Shown here piece after piece: positions 10,109-20,251 of a stretch of DNA of 64,000 bases. Numbering within the stretch: the first letter of the stretch is position 1; every line of letters begins with the position of its first letter. A program made the position numbers and the translations under genes. A model generated the notes under the pieces. That model made no database searches. It was not told where the DNA came from and worked only from the letters and a program-made list of their open reading frames with translations. The stretch is from contig CAIVZR010000046.1 of NCBI GenBank assembly GCA_903910445.1, positions 55,224-119,223 on the forward strand, read 5' to 3'. The DNA is from an uncultured Bacteroidota bacterium. GTDB lineage: Bacteria > Bacteroidota > Bacteroidia > UKL13-3.

Positions 10109-12610
10109 TCATATTGAAAACTTGTATAAATTCACCCTTTTTAACTCATCAAAAGTAATAATGAAGTAACGATTGGGGATTTCATCCGACACGATTCCGA
10201 TGATATTCCCCTCAATTTTATCGGCTACAATTTTGCGAGATGAAGCCATCACCTTGCTTGTAGTTCCATCGCTAATAACGATGAAGGTACGTTTCTCATT
10301 TACATCGAATACATTTTGCAGTTCAGAATTTTTCGTCATCGAAAGGGTATCGGTCATCTGAGAATAGCGATCAAAGAAGAGCAATTTATCTTTGTGCTGA
10401 TAAATGATTTTCTGAAAATTAGTATCGGTGGTTTGAACAATGAAATGCCCGGTATTATTAGATACTAAACGTTTTTTATATTCCTTTCTCTTAAGTGAGT
10501 CGAGGGTAAAACTAAATATCAACCCACTGGTATCAACACTTATTAATTCGGGGTGATATTTTTTATTGAGCTCGGCAGTAATGAAAAAATTAGTACTTAT
10601 TTCCTTATTAAAATCAATATCACGTTCTACACGTTTTCCAAATCGATTCCATAAAATCACCTCTCCACTATTACTTATCCCTACGATATAATTTTTGTTT
10701 CGTTTCTTAAAATGAAGTAATTCAAAGTCGATACTCACTGGCGACTCTCTGGGCCTCCAGTCTTCAAGCGAAGCTCCTGCAGCTTCAAAGCCATAAATTA
10801 AGCGGCCCTGCACCATGAAGTATTCATAGGTATCGCCCATATCAAACAAATACATTCCTTCAATTCCTTCTGTATTAATTTGCTTTGGAAAGTTTTTAAT
10901 ATCATCGCCTTTCTCATTCAAGGCATATATCTGATTGGGTGTATTGAAAAAGTACTGAGTGCTTCCATCACGATAAATATCAATAACCGAAATCTTACTT
11001 TGTATTTTACCTAATACAAATTTCTGCCAAACTTCACGAGCACCAAAATCCAAACAGTGTAATACATTTTTCTCATCCTGATAAAACATGAATTTCGTAT
11101 TTGATTTCAAATTTTGAAGCAGCATGATCTCATTCGTTTCTTGCTCTAATGTTTTGCTCCAAATTAACTCGGAGGTGCTTGCATTGGTGGTTGCATTTTT
11201 GGAGAAAAGCAAGGTGCCCACGCCAACATGCTGCCCCAGGCTATCAAAACGCAATTGAACAAAGTCGAGGTTTTGAAGAAAAGAACTATGCAAAACCCGC
11301 TCACGATATTGGTCTTTGACAATACGACTAAAGTAAGGAAGCAAATACTGAGGTTGAATTTGCATCACAAATATTGCGGGAGTCGATTCTTTCATTTCTG
11401 AAGGATACGCATCCATTTTTTGTAATAGCGGTATCATTGATGAAACAGAAGACGTAACTACAAAAAGATTGGGACCAATTAAAGAAATATAGCTTTCAGG
11501 CAAATCGGGGGTGGCGGCATTACAAAAGTTTCTGAAGAATGGATATTTTCCAAACTTAAATACCTTGTGTTTATTTAAAACATACGACTGCTCTAAAGAG
11601 TGCTTTGAAAAGATTGTTAGTAAAGTTGTTGAGTCAACTAAGGCATTCCCGATGATAAAGGTATTGTCGGAAATATTCTCGTCCTGCATATTGGCATAAC
11701 AACGATAGAGTTCTTTAAGCTTCACTTCCGAATTGCTCGTATCGGGATGAAAGGCAATATAATTAGGGGTGATATTTTGAAGCCAAGTTTCATAGTTAAA
11801 TGTCGACATCACTTTGGCTGGCTTAAATGTCATTGCATTTTTTGAATAATAAAAATGCATGTCGGCCAACGAACCTTCATCATTCAATTTCACTTCACAT
11901 TCATCAATATTCTCAAACCATTGATAGAATTCGGAAGTATGGTTGGTAGTGAAATTCTCAACCCATTGCTGCATATTCACTTGTTTCACATACAGGATAT
12001 TCTCATTGAAATTTAGGCTTGCCTGTTCGAAAACTTTTGAATGACTACGTATATTCTTTAATGTTTCTTCAGCAAATAATGCTTCGTTTGAAATTACCAT
12101 GACGCCAAGGGCATAGCTTACCACCAACTCCTTTTGTTTCGATGCATTATATATTTCAATGATCTCTCCTGAGGGTGAGTTGTAATTGGCTTTTGAATAG
12201 CCTTCATCAAAAACCTGCTGCAATAGGCTGTCGTATGCACTCCTGCTTACCTCAACCGAAAGCAACGACTGTAATTGCGAATTTGCCCCTGCCCTAAAAC
12301 TTAAAATATGACGCTTGTTTTTTATTAAACTTTTAAATATTGGCGAATGGGTAATTTCCAATTTTAGAATATCATTATCTGCCAGTAAGGCAATCTCACC
12401 ATCATTTTCAATAGCATCAACCAATGGTAAATTATGTAGCTTTTTTAAGGTTGTTTCATAATCATTGCCTGTAATTGCAACGATAGCGCCTTGGGCAATG
12501 GCGTATTTTATGGCATTATGAAACTTATACCAACGAAAGCCGATAACAGTACCTGTCAGCAGGATCAGGATACCAATGCCAATCAAAACCAGCTTTTTAT
12601 TGATCTTCAT
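10109..12610 (-). CDS. Large membrane-anchored hypothetical protein with probable C-terminal beta-propeller
   Basis: N-terminal transmembrane anchor; C-terminal 'IDIYRDGSTQYFF...IYALNEKG...FP' repeats of a kind seen in Bacteroidota proteins. Confidence 0.55.
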   Translation of the reverse strand: MKINKKLVLIGIGILILLTGTVIGFRWYKFHNAIKYAIAQGAIVAITGNDYETTLKKLHNLPLVDAIENDGEIALLADNDILKLEITHSPIFKSLIKNKRHILSFRAGANSQLQSLLSVEVSRSAYDSLLQQVFDEGYSKANYNSPSGEIIEIYNASKQKELVVSYALGVMVISNEALFAEETLKNIRSHSKVFEQASLNFNENILYVKQVNMQQWVENFTTNHTSEFYQWFENIDECEVKLNDEGSLADMHFYYSKNAMTFKPAKVMSTFNYETWLQNITPNYIAFHPDTSNSEVKLKELYRCYANMQDENISDNTFIIGNALVDSTTLLTIFSKHSLEQSYVLNKHKVFKFGKYPFFRNFCNAATPDLPESYISLIGPNLFVVTSSVSSMIPLLQKMDAYPSEMKESTPAIFVMQIQPQYLLPYFSRIVKDQYRERVLHSSFLQNLDFVQLRFDSLGQHVGVGTLLFSKNATTNASTSELIWSKTLEQETNEIMLLQNLKSNTKFMFYQDEKNVLHCLDFGAREVWQKFVLGKIQSKISVIDIYRDGSTQYFFNTPNQIYALNEKGDDIKNFPKQINTEGIEGMYLFDMGDTYEYFMVQGRLIYGFEAAGASLEDWRPRESPVSIDFELLHFKKRNKNYIVGISNSGEVILWNRFGKRVERDIDFNKEISTNFFITAELNKKYHPELISVDTSGLIFSFTLDSLKRKEYKKRLVSNNTGHFIVQTTDTNFQKIIYQHKDKLLFFDRYSQMTDTLSMTKNSELQNVFDVNEKRTFIVISDGTTSKVMASSRKIVADKIEGNIIGIVSDEIPNRYFIITFDELKRVNLYKFSI

Positions 12611-12698
12611 AAAGAAAAACAAAAATACTTGATTATTAAAACCGAATTTTATAGTTAATTCACACCTTCAATCACGTTAACGCTAGTTGTCTATTATT

Positions 12699-13088
12699 AT
12701 GAATTCATACACACAAAAAAGCATTGTCACAGGAGCCATACTTGGTTCGCTTTCGGTGGCCTTAGGTGCTTTCGGAACACATATGCTTCGCCCGCTCCTA
12801 GAGGTTCATTATATGGAAGTTTTTGAAACCGCTGTGAGGTATCAAATGTACCATGCGATCGCATTCATTCTCTTAGGGTTAACCATCCAGCACAAGCCAT
12901 TGCCAAAATATATTTATACACTATTCCTTATTGGCATTAGCATTTTTACACTTACCTTATACGGCATCGTCATAGGTAGTATGCAGGCCAATAATCCTTT
13001 GAAATGGCTTGGAGCCATCACTCCTTTAGGTGGCGCTTCATTAATTAGTGCTTGGGTTTTATTTGCTTATCATACTTGGAAAAAATGA
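12699..13088 (+). CDS. DUF423 (YgdD/TMEM256) membrane protein
   Basis: ALGAFGTH, FETAVRYQMYHA, GAITPLGG. Confidence 0.88.
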   Translation: MNSYTQKSIVTGAILGSLSVALGAFGTHMLRPLLEVHYMEVFETAVRYQMYHAIAFILLGLTIQHKPLPKYIYTLFLIGISIFTLTLYGIVIGSMQANNPLKWLGAITPLGGASLISAWVLFAYHTWKK

Positions 13089-13558
13089 AGACACTCATCA
13101 TCATGCGTCATGCCAAAACAGAGGAAGGCAAAGCAAATCAGCGCGACTACGACCGCGAACTCATTTATAAAGGCTTGAAAGATGCTGCTGCCATGGGTTT
13201 ATGGCTCCGTAAAAAATATTCGGTGGTTGATGAAATTCTATGCAGTGCCGCTAAGCGTACAGCACATACCGCAACTTTAGTGAAAGAAATTTGTGGTGGC
13301 GAGTTGCTACTCGATGAAGCACTCTATCATGCCGACGCGAATGCATTATTAAGCCATATACACCAAGCAAAGCCACGCACAAAAGTATTGATGGTGGTAG
13401 GGCATAATCCAGCCGTTTCCAATTTGGCTAACTATCTTAGCCATAAACTAATCGAACTAAAGCCCTCTGATGTTGTGGTGTTCGAGCTCTCAAATAATTT
13501 ATGGAGCGAGAAGCTAATTATTGATTCTCACAAACATCATTCGGAGTACTATAACTAG
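13085..13558 (+). CDS. sixA: SixA-like histidine phosphatase
   Basis: MRHAK, DYDRELIYKG, SAAKRT, VGHNP; ATGA overlap with the upstream gene. Confidence 0.85.
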   Translation: MKTLIIMRHAKTEEGKANQRDYDRELIYKGLKDAAAMGLWLRKKYSVVDEILCSAAKRTAHTATLVKEICGGELLLDEALYHADANALLSHIHQAKPRTKVLMVVGHNPAVSNLANYLSHKLIELKPSDVVVFELSNNLWSEKLIIDSHKHHSEYYN

Positions 13559-13562
13559 CACA

Positions 13563-16067
13563 TTATTTTTTCACAAAACCAAATTCAATCTTGTAATAGA
13601 ATAAGGTGAGTCGGCCCAATTGCGTTTGTGGGAATAAAATCAGATCACTTGTTTTAGGATCCATGCTATAACTCATGGTTAAATAGTTTTGAATATTCAA
13701 CACATTTACCAAATCAATAGCAATTTCATGCGTTACCTTTTTAGTATTTATTTTATATCCTAATTTCAAATCGAATCGCAAATAAGGCTTGAACTGCAAG
13801 GTGTTTCGGCCTTCATTGGCAGGGGTATACTCCGCTCTCTGTATGGTGAGCAGCGTATCGGCTGGAGAGTATCTCTTACCACCTCCATAAGTAAATTTAC
13901 CACCCAAAACTAAGGTTTGTTTATTGCCTGCTTTATTCGGATTCAACAATAGTTCATAGCCTCCCAATAAATTAAAAGCATAGTTGCCATTGAAATCACT
14001 GTTGTATGTTTTACCATCACTTCCTTTGTATTTGCTATCGTATAATGAAAGTGTACTCATCACATAATAATTGCGAAAGAAGAAACGTTCCAGTGTGAGT
14101 TCTATACCCTTATTCGCTCCAGTGCCTGTGTTTTTCATGGTGGTATCAGGAAAAATACGAGAGAAACCACTTCCTTGATTAACCATCGAAAAGCTTGAAG
14201 GAGTAACTAATACAGGAACATTGTAGAGATATTGATAATAGGTTTCTATTTTTAATCGTGTATGACTTCCTAGTGATTGATCATATCCAATTACATTTTG
14301 AAAACTTCTGATATTACCCACCTTTGTAAATTTCTCTTCATTGGGCGACCCAGGTAATCGATAGAAAAACATATAGTACGGAAGTGTTTGACTATGCATT
14401 CCTGTACCAAAGCTCAAGTTACTATTCTTACCTGTTTTATAAGAAAGTCCGGCACGTGGTTCAATAGCAAAATCTCCATTGAGTGAATAGTATTGCAGAT
14501 GCAAGCCTCCGGTGACAAAGAAATCGTCGGTGAATTTATATTTCAATTGCGCATATGGCTGAATAAGGAATGCACTTGTTTTTGTATTGTATTTCAAAGT
14601 GTATTCGATGTCGGGCTGATAATTAAATGGGCCTCCTAAATTATATCTACCATTGGGTAATACGGGGTAAAAGGTGCTCTTTAACTTCTGTTCATTGATA
14701 CTTGTATCAAGCATATCATAACTAAAATAATCGAATGTGAACCCCGCCTTCATTGAAAAGCGTGTAGAGAATTTGTGATTTACAAAACCATTAAAGCCAG
14801 CAATACTCGTTATGAAACGATACCCCAATGAAGTATAATCGGCCAATTTATTGGTAGCGCTATCGCGCAGCGTAAGAAGATGAATTGCAGAATTCTTTTG
14901 AGTGGAATACGATACAACCAACTTCAGAAATGTATGTGAATTAATTGTGTGACTAAATGAAGAAGCGAATGTGTTCATGTCGGTTCTAAACAATTGGTCA
15001 CGATCATTCAATCCGTATTTATCGCTATTCTTCTCTGCCGTGTTTAAAATATTACTAAAAACAATATCTATATTGCTTGATCCTCCTATTCCCCAAAATG
15101 CAATACTGCTTTTTTTATTCAATGGGAAGTTCAATCGAAACGAATAATCCTGGTAACTTGGGATGGCATCGGTTCCTAGTTTAATATTAAATCCTTCAAA
15201 AAGTTTCAATGTCGAATAGCGATAGGTGGCTGCGAATGATGATCTTTTCATCTTATTAATGGGGCCTTCTAGCGCCATCTCTGTTCCCAAAAATCCGAGT
15301 TGAAAAGTACCTTCATATTTTTCTTGATTCCCATTGCGCATTTTCAAATCAAAAACAGCAGCGATGCCATTTCCGTATTCCGCAGGAAATGCTCCAGTAA
15401 GGAAATCGGAATTGCCAATAGTTTTATTATTCAAGATACTCACCGGACCTCCAGTAGTTCCTGCAATGGCGAAATGATTGGGATTCGGGATGGTGGCATC
15501 ATCCAACCGCCAAACCACACCCAAAGGCGAATTGCCACGAATCACGATATCGTTACGGGTATCATTGGTGCCTTGGGCACCAGCAAAGTTCGAAGCCATA
15601 CGTGCCGGGTCTTGCCTGCTTCCCGCATAACGTTCGGTTTCGGCAATATCAAATGTTCGAGCACTCACGGTGGCGAGTTCATTTCTTACTACACCTTGGG
15701 TCGATCCTTTAACTTCCACCTCTTCAATTTTATTAACGCTCTCTTCCATCTCTACATTTAGAATCACTTCCTTCCCACTGCCTACAACGATATCATGAAG
15801 TGTTATAGTTTCATAGCCTAGCAGTCTTACCCGGATATCATGTTTGCCAACTGGCACTTTTAAAATTTTAAAATAGCCATCCATATCAGAGATGCACCCA
15901 AAGGCACTTTGAACACCATTTTGAAGAATCACTACCATCACACCAATGATGGGAGCTTTCGATTCCTTCTCTATTACCCTGCCTTTAACTGTTTGTATGG
16001 GCGATTGTGCCTGAATTGAAATAGAGAAAATTGCTAATAGACTAACAATGATGATTAATTTTTTCAT
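13563..16067 (-). CDS. TonB-dependent receptor with carboxypeptidase-regulatory-like N-terminal domain
   Basis: Signal peptide; 'RYAGSRQDPARMASNFAG', 'NDIVIRGNSP', 'PNPNHF' plug region; beta-barrel C-terminus. Confidence 0.88.
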   Translation of the reverse strand: MKKLIIIVSLLAIFSISIQAQSPIQTVKGRVIEKESKAPIIGVMVVILQNGVQSAFGCISDMDGYFKILKVPVGKHDIRVRLLGYETITLHDIVVGSGKEVILNVEMEESVNKIEEVEVKGSTQGVVRNELATVSARTFDIAETERYAGSRQDPARMASNFAGAQGTNDTRNDIVIRGNSPLGVVWRLDDATIPNPNHFAIAGTTGGPVSILNNKTIGNSDFLTGAFPAEYGNGIAAVFDLKMRNGNQEKYEGTFQLGFLGTEMALEGPINKMKRSSFAATYRYSTLKLFEGFNIKLGTDAIPSYQDYSFRLNFPLNKKSSIAFWGIGGSSNIDIVFSNILNTAEKNSDKYGLNDRDQLFRTDMNTFASSFSHTINSHTFLKLVVSYSTQKNSAIHLLTLRDSATNKLADYTSLGYRFITSIAGFNGFVNHKFSTRFSMKAGFTFDYFSYDMLDTSINEQKLKSTFYPVLPNGRYNLGGPFNYQPDIEYTLKYNTKTSAFLIQPYAQLKYKFTDDFFVTGGLHLQYYSLNGDFAIEPRAGLSYKTGKNSNLSFGTGMHSQTLPYYMFFYRLPGSPNEEKFTKVGNIRSFQNVIGYDQSLGSHTRLKIETYYQYLYNVPVLVTPSSFSMVNQGSGFSRIFPDTTMKNTGTGANKGIELTLERFFFRNYYVMSTLSLYDSKYKGSDGKTYNSDFNGNYAFNLLGGYELLLNPNKAGNKQTLVLGGKFTYGGGKRYSPADTLLTIQRAEYTPANEGRNTLQFKPYLRFDLKLGYKINTKKVTHEIAIDLVNVLNIQNYLTMSYSMDPKTSDLILFPQTQLGRLTLFYYKIEFGFVKK

Positions 16068-16170
16068 ATCCTAGGATGTAATAAGTTGGGGCAAGATAAT
16101 CGTTTGTAATTGAAAAGCTAAAAAAGTTTTTCTGCCCAATTTTTAAGAGAAATTAAAAATATCAGCGCAA

Positions 16171-16205
16171 AAAAAGCCCTGTTACATTATCTATAACAGG
16201 GCTTT
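16171..16205 (-). terminator. Intrinsic terminator after the T9SS cargo gene
   Basis: aaaaaagccctgtta...taacagggcttt. Confidence 0.75.
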
Positions 16206-16227
16206 GAAGTACTAACCTAAATAAACC

Positions 16228-17697
16228 CTAATTGGTTCCATCACAAGTAATTACTTTTTTGGTAATGACTCTCGATCCGATAACCGCCTTCACGGTATAT
16301 ACTCCACCACTCAAGCCATTCTTCACCCATTTTATAATATTGATTCCTTTTTCCGCTTGCCCATCATAGAGCACTGCTGCCAATTGTCCATCCATGGTAT
16401 AAACACCTACTGTCATGTATCCACCTTCTGGAGCCACTATTTCTATTTGTGTTGCTTCACTAAAAGGATTGGGAGCGATACGCATTTCAGGCATCACTAC
16501 CCCTATGCGTGTTGTATTTGCGGTATTCACAACAGCTATAGGATTTACGGGTACTACTGTGGTGGTCGATTGGCTAATCAACACATATCCATCAGGAGGC
16601 GTGGTGTTACCAGTATAATCGTATATTGTTGAATTATTAGTGCTCGAAATAAACACTGCAGTATTACCCGAATTTACATCGCCTATTTCTTCAACATAGA
16701 ATGACGTATATTCTTTTTGTACAAGGGTTTCAACAGGTTCAGCAGGCACAATTACACAAACAACTTGAGGCATTTCTTCAACTAAATTCACCATGCATAA
16801 ATCGTTGTGATCCCATAAATTATCAGCGCCAGTAACAAAAACCATTGTGGTTCCATCGGAGGTAACGCATGGCTGATAGGCTGTAACATCAACAGGAACC
16901 TCAGTCTTCACCATGGTGATGGCATTAAAGTTTTCATTTAATGATGGGCGTGATAAATAATACACAATACGAAAATCATCACCAGTTTCGGTAGTTCCTT
17001 TAAACGGGACATAGAATCGCAGGCCATCTTTGGAGAGCTGCCCTCCAGTAGGCGTCTTATCCGATAGAACATTTAGTTCATTATCAAAAGTATATTGGTT
17101 ATTTCCTGATAGAACGAACTTAACAATACGCTCCCGGTTATCATTATTATATAGATACAACTCGGTCATATCGGGTGTAAAGCTAGCATCGAACAAACTA
17201 CCTGCGGGAGCATTCACCAGTGTTATTTCCTCCATTTGATCGAAGTTTTCAGTTTTTGATTTGCGGATTGCTTTGTACAATTTGCTATTCTGAGAAGCCA
17301 CATAAATAGTGAGCTCATCAGAAGTGAGCCATCCTGAGATGGCTGTTTCTTTAAAATTAGGGAAGATGGCAATCCCCTTTCCAAAGTGTTCCTCATCCTT
17401 AGTTCGGGTGGCAACATAAATTGAACGATCGTGGGTATAATATAAACTGAGGCCATCATTGCTTATCCAAGGATAAGATTGTGCTTCACTAGGGGTGTTT
17501 AATTCATTGATTGCAAGCGGAGATGCCGTAGTAGCCTCCATTGTTTTCGAATCTACTATATCGCCCTGGATAACTGCATCTGAGGGCTCCTTATGGATTT
17601 TATCTTCTATATTATAATTAGGAGTTTGTTGATTAATTCCCGCGTTCAACGCGAAAACAGAAAGCATGGCCAAGGCAAGTAATTGAAATTTTTTCAT
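16228..17697 (-). CDS. T9SS type A cargo protein with PD40/TolB-like repeats
   Basis: Signal peptide; PWISNDGLSLYY, LSKDGLRFY and PCVTSDGTTMVF repeats; CTD 'IAPNPFSEAT...LSGGVYTVK...TKKVI'. Confidence 0.8.
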   Translation of the reverse strand: MKKFQLLALAMLSVFALNAGINQQTPNYNIEDKIHKEPSDAVIQGDIVDSKTMEATTASPLAINELNTPSEAQSYPWISNDGLSLYYTHDRSIYVATRTKDEEHFGKGIAIFPNFKETAISGWLTSDELTIYVASQNSKLYKAIRKSKTENFDQMEEITLVNAPAGSLFDASFTPDMTELYLYNNDNRERIVKFVLSGNNQYTFDNELNVLSDKTPTGGQLSKDGLRFYVPFKGTTETGDDFRIVYYLSRPSLNENFNAITMVKTEVPVDVTAYQPCVTSDGTTMVFVTGADNLWDHNDLCMVNLVEEMPQVVCVIVPAEPVETLVQKEYTSFYVEEIGDVNSGNTAVFISSTNNSTIYDYTGNTTPPDGYVLISQSTTTVVPVNPIAVVNTANTTRIGVVMPEMRIAPNPFSEATQIEIVAPEGGYMTVGVYTMDGQLAAVLYDGQAEKGINIIKWVKNGLSGGVYTVKAVIGSRVITKKVITCDGTN

Positions 17698-17725
17698 GAT
17701 TATGCAGGGTTAGTACTTTTAATGA

Positions 17726-17753
17726 TAATCGGATATAAAAGGTAAATGGTTGC
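17726..17753 (-). promoter_or_regulatory. ECF sigma factor-type promoter
   Basis: GCAACC-N16-CGATTA on the minus strand, about 30 nt upstream of ATG 17697. Confidence 0.45.
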
Positions 17754-17873
17754 ATCCATTTTTGTTATAGATGAAGTAAACGCAACAATTCCATAAATCA
17801 TATCCATAAAAATGTAAATGCCTGAAAATGAGAGATGAAAAATAAGGTCAGCTTGACCTCTCAAAACACCTAA

Positions 17874-18608
17874 TTAGCGTTTGAGTTTCTTTCGCAATCG
17901 GATATTGAGCATTTCTACACCCAAAGAGAAGGCCATGGTAAAATAGATATAGTTCTTTTCTACGTGAACATCAAGGGCCTCAACCACCAATAAGCAACCA
18001 ATCATCAATAGGAAGGATAAGGCAAGCATCTTAATGGTAGGATGTTTTTCAATAAATTCGCTAATGAATCCTGTTACAGCAATCATAATTAGCATAGAAA
18101 CAATAACAGCAATCATCATTACCGGAATACTTTGGGTAAGTCCAATTGCAGTGATTATAGAGTCGAGAGAGAATACTAAATTGATAATCATGATTTGCAC
18201 AATCACATTCGCAAAACCCATTTTTGTTTTCTCTTCATTCTCTACGTTTTCATCAACATCAAACTTATGATGTATTTCGGTAGTGCTTTTATAAATAAGG
18301 AATAGCCCTCCTAAAATAAGGATGAGATCCTTTATTGAAATTTGGTGTCCACCCGCTTCGAAGAGCGTATAATGCTCCGATTGCAGGATAAGTTGAATAA
18401 TGAATAATAGTGCAATACGAATTAGTAATGCAAGCAAAAGCCCAATGGTTCGGGCCCTTTTCTGGTGAATCTTTTCGGCCCGATTGGTAATAATGGAAAC
18501 GAAAATGATATTATCAATTCCCAAAATCACCTCCATAAAAGTGAGGGTAATCAAACTAATCCACCCACCGGTGGTGGTAAAAATATTGATGAAGCCAGAT
18601 AAATCCAT
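17874..18608 (-). CDS. TerC family membrane protein
   Basis: EVILGIDNIIF, VFSLDSIITA, HPTIKMLALSFL. Confidence 0.9.
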   Translation of the reverse strand: MDLSGFINIFTTTGGWISLITLTFMEVILGIDNIIFVSIITNRAEKIHQKRARTIGLLLALLIRIALLFIIQLILQSEHYTLFEAGGHQISIKDLILILGGLFLIYKSTTEIHHKFDVDENVENEEKTKMGFANVIVQIMIINLVFSLDSIITAIGLTQSIPVMMIAVIVSMLIMIAVTGFISEFIEKHPTIKMLALSFLLMIGCLLVVEALDVHVEKNYIYFTMAFSLGVEMLNIRLRKKLKR

Positions 18609-18612
18609 TCGT

Positions 18613-19518
18613 CTATAGTTGTTCTTTTATTTTTGCAAATATCGCTAATTCATTTTTGGGGTCAACCCAAATTATTTCCGTATTTCTCCTAAACCAGGTG
18701 AGTTGCCTTTTGGCGAAGTTTCGGGTATGTTGTTTTATTAATTCAATGGTCATTGGCAGGGATTGTTTGCCTTCAAAATAATCGAAGAATTCCGAATATC
18801 CAACAGTTCTTAAGGCATAAGCATTTTTTTGATCAACAAATTGTCGCACTTCATCTTCCAAGCCCAATTGAATCATATCGTCAACCCTTTGATTGATTCG
18901 TTGATAGAGAAATTCACGAGGTAAATCGATACCAATGGTTACAATTCGAAAATTACGTGGCTTTACCTCCTGCTTATGAAATTCAGAGAAGGGTTTGCCT
19001 GTAGTTTCAATTACTTCCAGTGCACGCATCAATCGCTGTGGGTTTTGAATATCAACACTCGAGTACAAAATGGGATCGAGTACTTTTATTTTTTCTTGCA
19101 AATAAGAAATCCCTTCTTCCTGATATCGCTCAATAATAGTTTGTCGCAATACCTCTGTGGCCTTTGGCAAGGGGTCGAAGCCTTTACATACTGCGTCGAT
19201 ATACATGCCACTTCCTCCTACCATGACTACGATATCTTTTTCCAAGAACAATTCATCCAATTTTCGCAATGCATCCTTTTCAAAATCGCCAGCGCTATAT
19301 GTTTCATGAATGCTTTTATTCCCAACAAAATGATGGGAGGCTTGTGAAAGTTCCTTGGGTGTTGGCTTTGCGGTACCTATTGAAAGTTCCTTATAAAATT
19401 GTCTGGAATCTGCAGAAATTATTTCGGCATGAAATTGATTTGCCAATGAAATTGCCAATGATGTTTTGCCGGAAGCAGTAGCACCCACAACACAAAGGAG
19501 TGTCTTCGTGTTACTCAT
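18613..19518 (-). CDS. miaA: tRNA dimethylallyltransferase
   Basis: GATASGKT, ISADSRQ, IGTAKP, VGGSGMY, TRNFAKRQLTWF. Confidence 0.95.
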   Translation of the reverse strand: MSNTKTLLCVVGATASGKTSLAISLANQFHAEIISADSRQFYKELSIGTAKPTPKELSQASHHFVGNKSIHETYSAGDFEKDALRKLDELFLEKDIVVMVGGSGMYIDAVCKGFDPLPKATEVLRQTIIERYQEEGISYLQEKIKVLDPILYSSVDIQNPQRLMRALEVIETTGKPFSEFHKQEVKPRNFRIVTIGIDLPREFLYQRINQRVDDMIQLGLEDEVRQFVDQKNAYALRTVGYSEFFDYFEGKQSLPMTIELIKQHTRNFAKRQLTWFRRNTEIIWVDPKNELAIFAKIKEQL

Positions 19519-19519
19519 T

Positions 19520-20122
19520 TTATAAATCGTCATCAGCAACGATATCGTCGCCTGCTGCATCGTCGTCCGATTCTTCCTCTTCGCCGTCTTCGTTGGTTTC
19601 CTTAAAACCATCTTCATCTACATCCCCTTCATCGGCAACGAGTATTTGATTTTTTATAAATTCGAATTCATCCTCTTCTTCTGCTTTGGCATTAGGCACC
19701 CCAATAGTTTGGTATTGTTTAGGAGCAATACCCACACTCTTAAATATGAATGGGTAGGTTACGCCGTCCTTGGCATTCGGACTAATATTCACCATCTCCA
19801 ATCTAAAAACCCATTCTTTAGAATAGTCATAGATCATGAGGATTTTTTGGTGAGGGTCAAAAATAAATTTCGATAATTTAGAATCCGCAGCAATATTCTC
19901 TGAAGGCTTGCCTTTCAAAGTTTTTTTGCCGCTGGTAATTTCATCGTTCATTCTCCATTTATCATCGCTCATAAAGAAAGAGCAATCGAGATGATTGTCG
20001 AAGCCAAACGACTGAAGGATAATATCACGAAAGGAAGCAAAGGTGCTGCCCGACTTCACTTCAACGAACCTGAAAAGGTCGTCGTATTCTTCAATAGAGC
20101 ATTTAAAACGATAGATAGCCAT
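19520..20122 (-). CDS. pRiA4b ORF3 / TnpR-passenger-like protein with acidic tail
   Basis: 'FRDIILQSFGFDN...SFFMSDDKW', 'IYDYSKEWVFRLE' and a D/E-rich C-terminus; commonly found next to miaA in Bacteroidota. Confidence 0.7.
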   Translation of the reverse strand: MAIYRFKCSIEEYDDLFRFVEVKSGSTFASFRDIILQSFGFDNHLDCSFFMSDDKWRMNDEITSGKKTLKGKPSENIAADSKLSKFIFDPHQKILMIYDYSKEWVFRLEMVNISPNAKDGVTYPFIFKSVGIAPKQYQTIGVPNAKAEEEDEFEFIKNQILVADEGDVDEDGFKETNEDGEEEESDDDAAGDDIVADDDL

Positions 20123-20201
20123 AAAAATTTACGAGTACGAAAATAACCTTTTTTTAAATTAATTTGGATTGAAAACTAATCAAAATAAAAATTATAAAAA
20201 C

Positions 20202-20234
20202 AAAAAAAGCCCCAGAATTAAATTCTGAGGCTTT
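20202..20234 (-). terminator. Intrinsic terminator
   Basis: aaaaaaagccccagaatt-a-aattctgaggcttt. Confidence 0.75.
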
Positions 20235-20251
20235 CGGTATTTTAATTTTCA

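Noticed and set aside
19520-20122. pRiA4b ORF3/TnpR-like gene as evidence of a mobile element
   Set aside because: No transposase, inverted repeats or target duplication; it is translationally adjacent to miaA in a housekeeping context.
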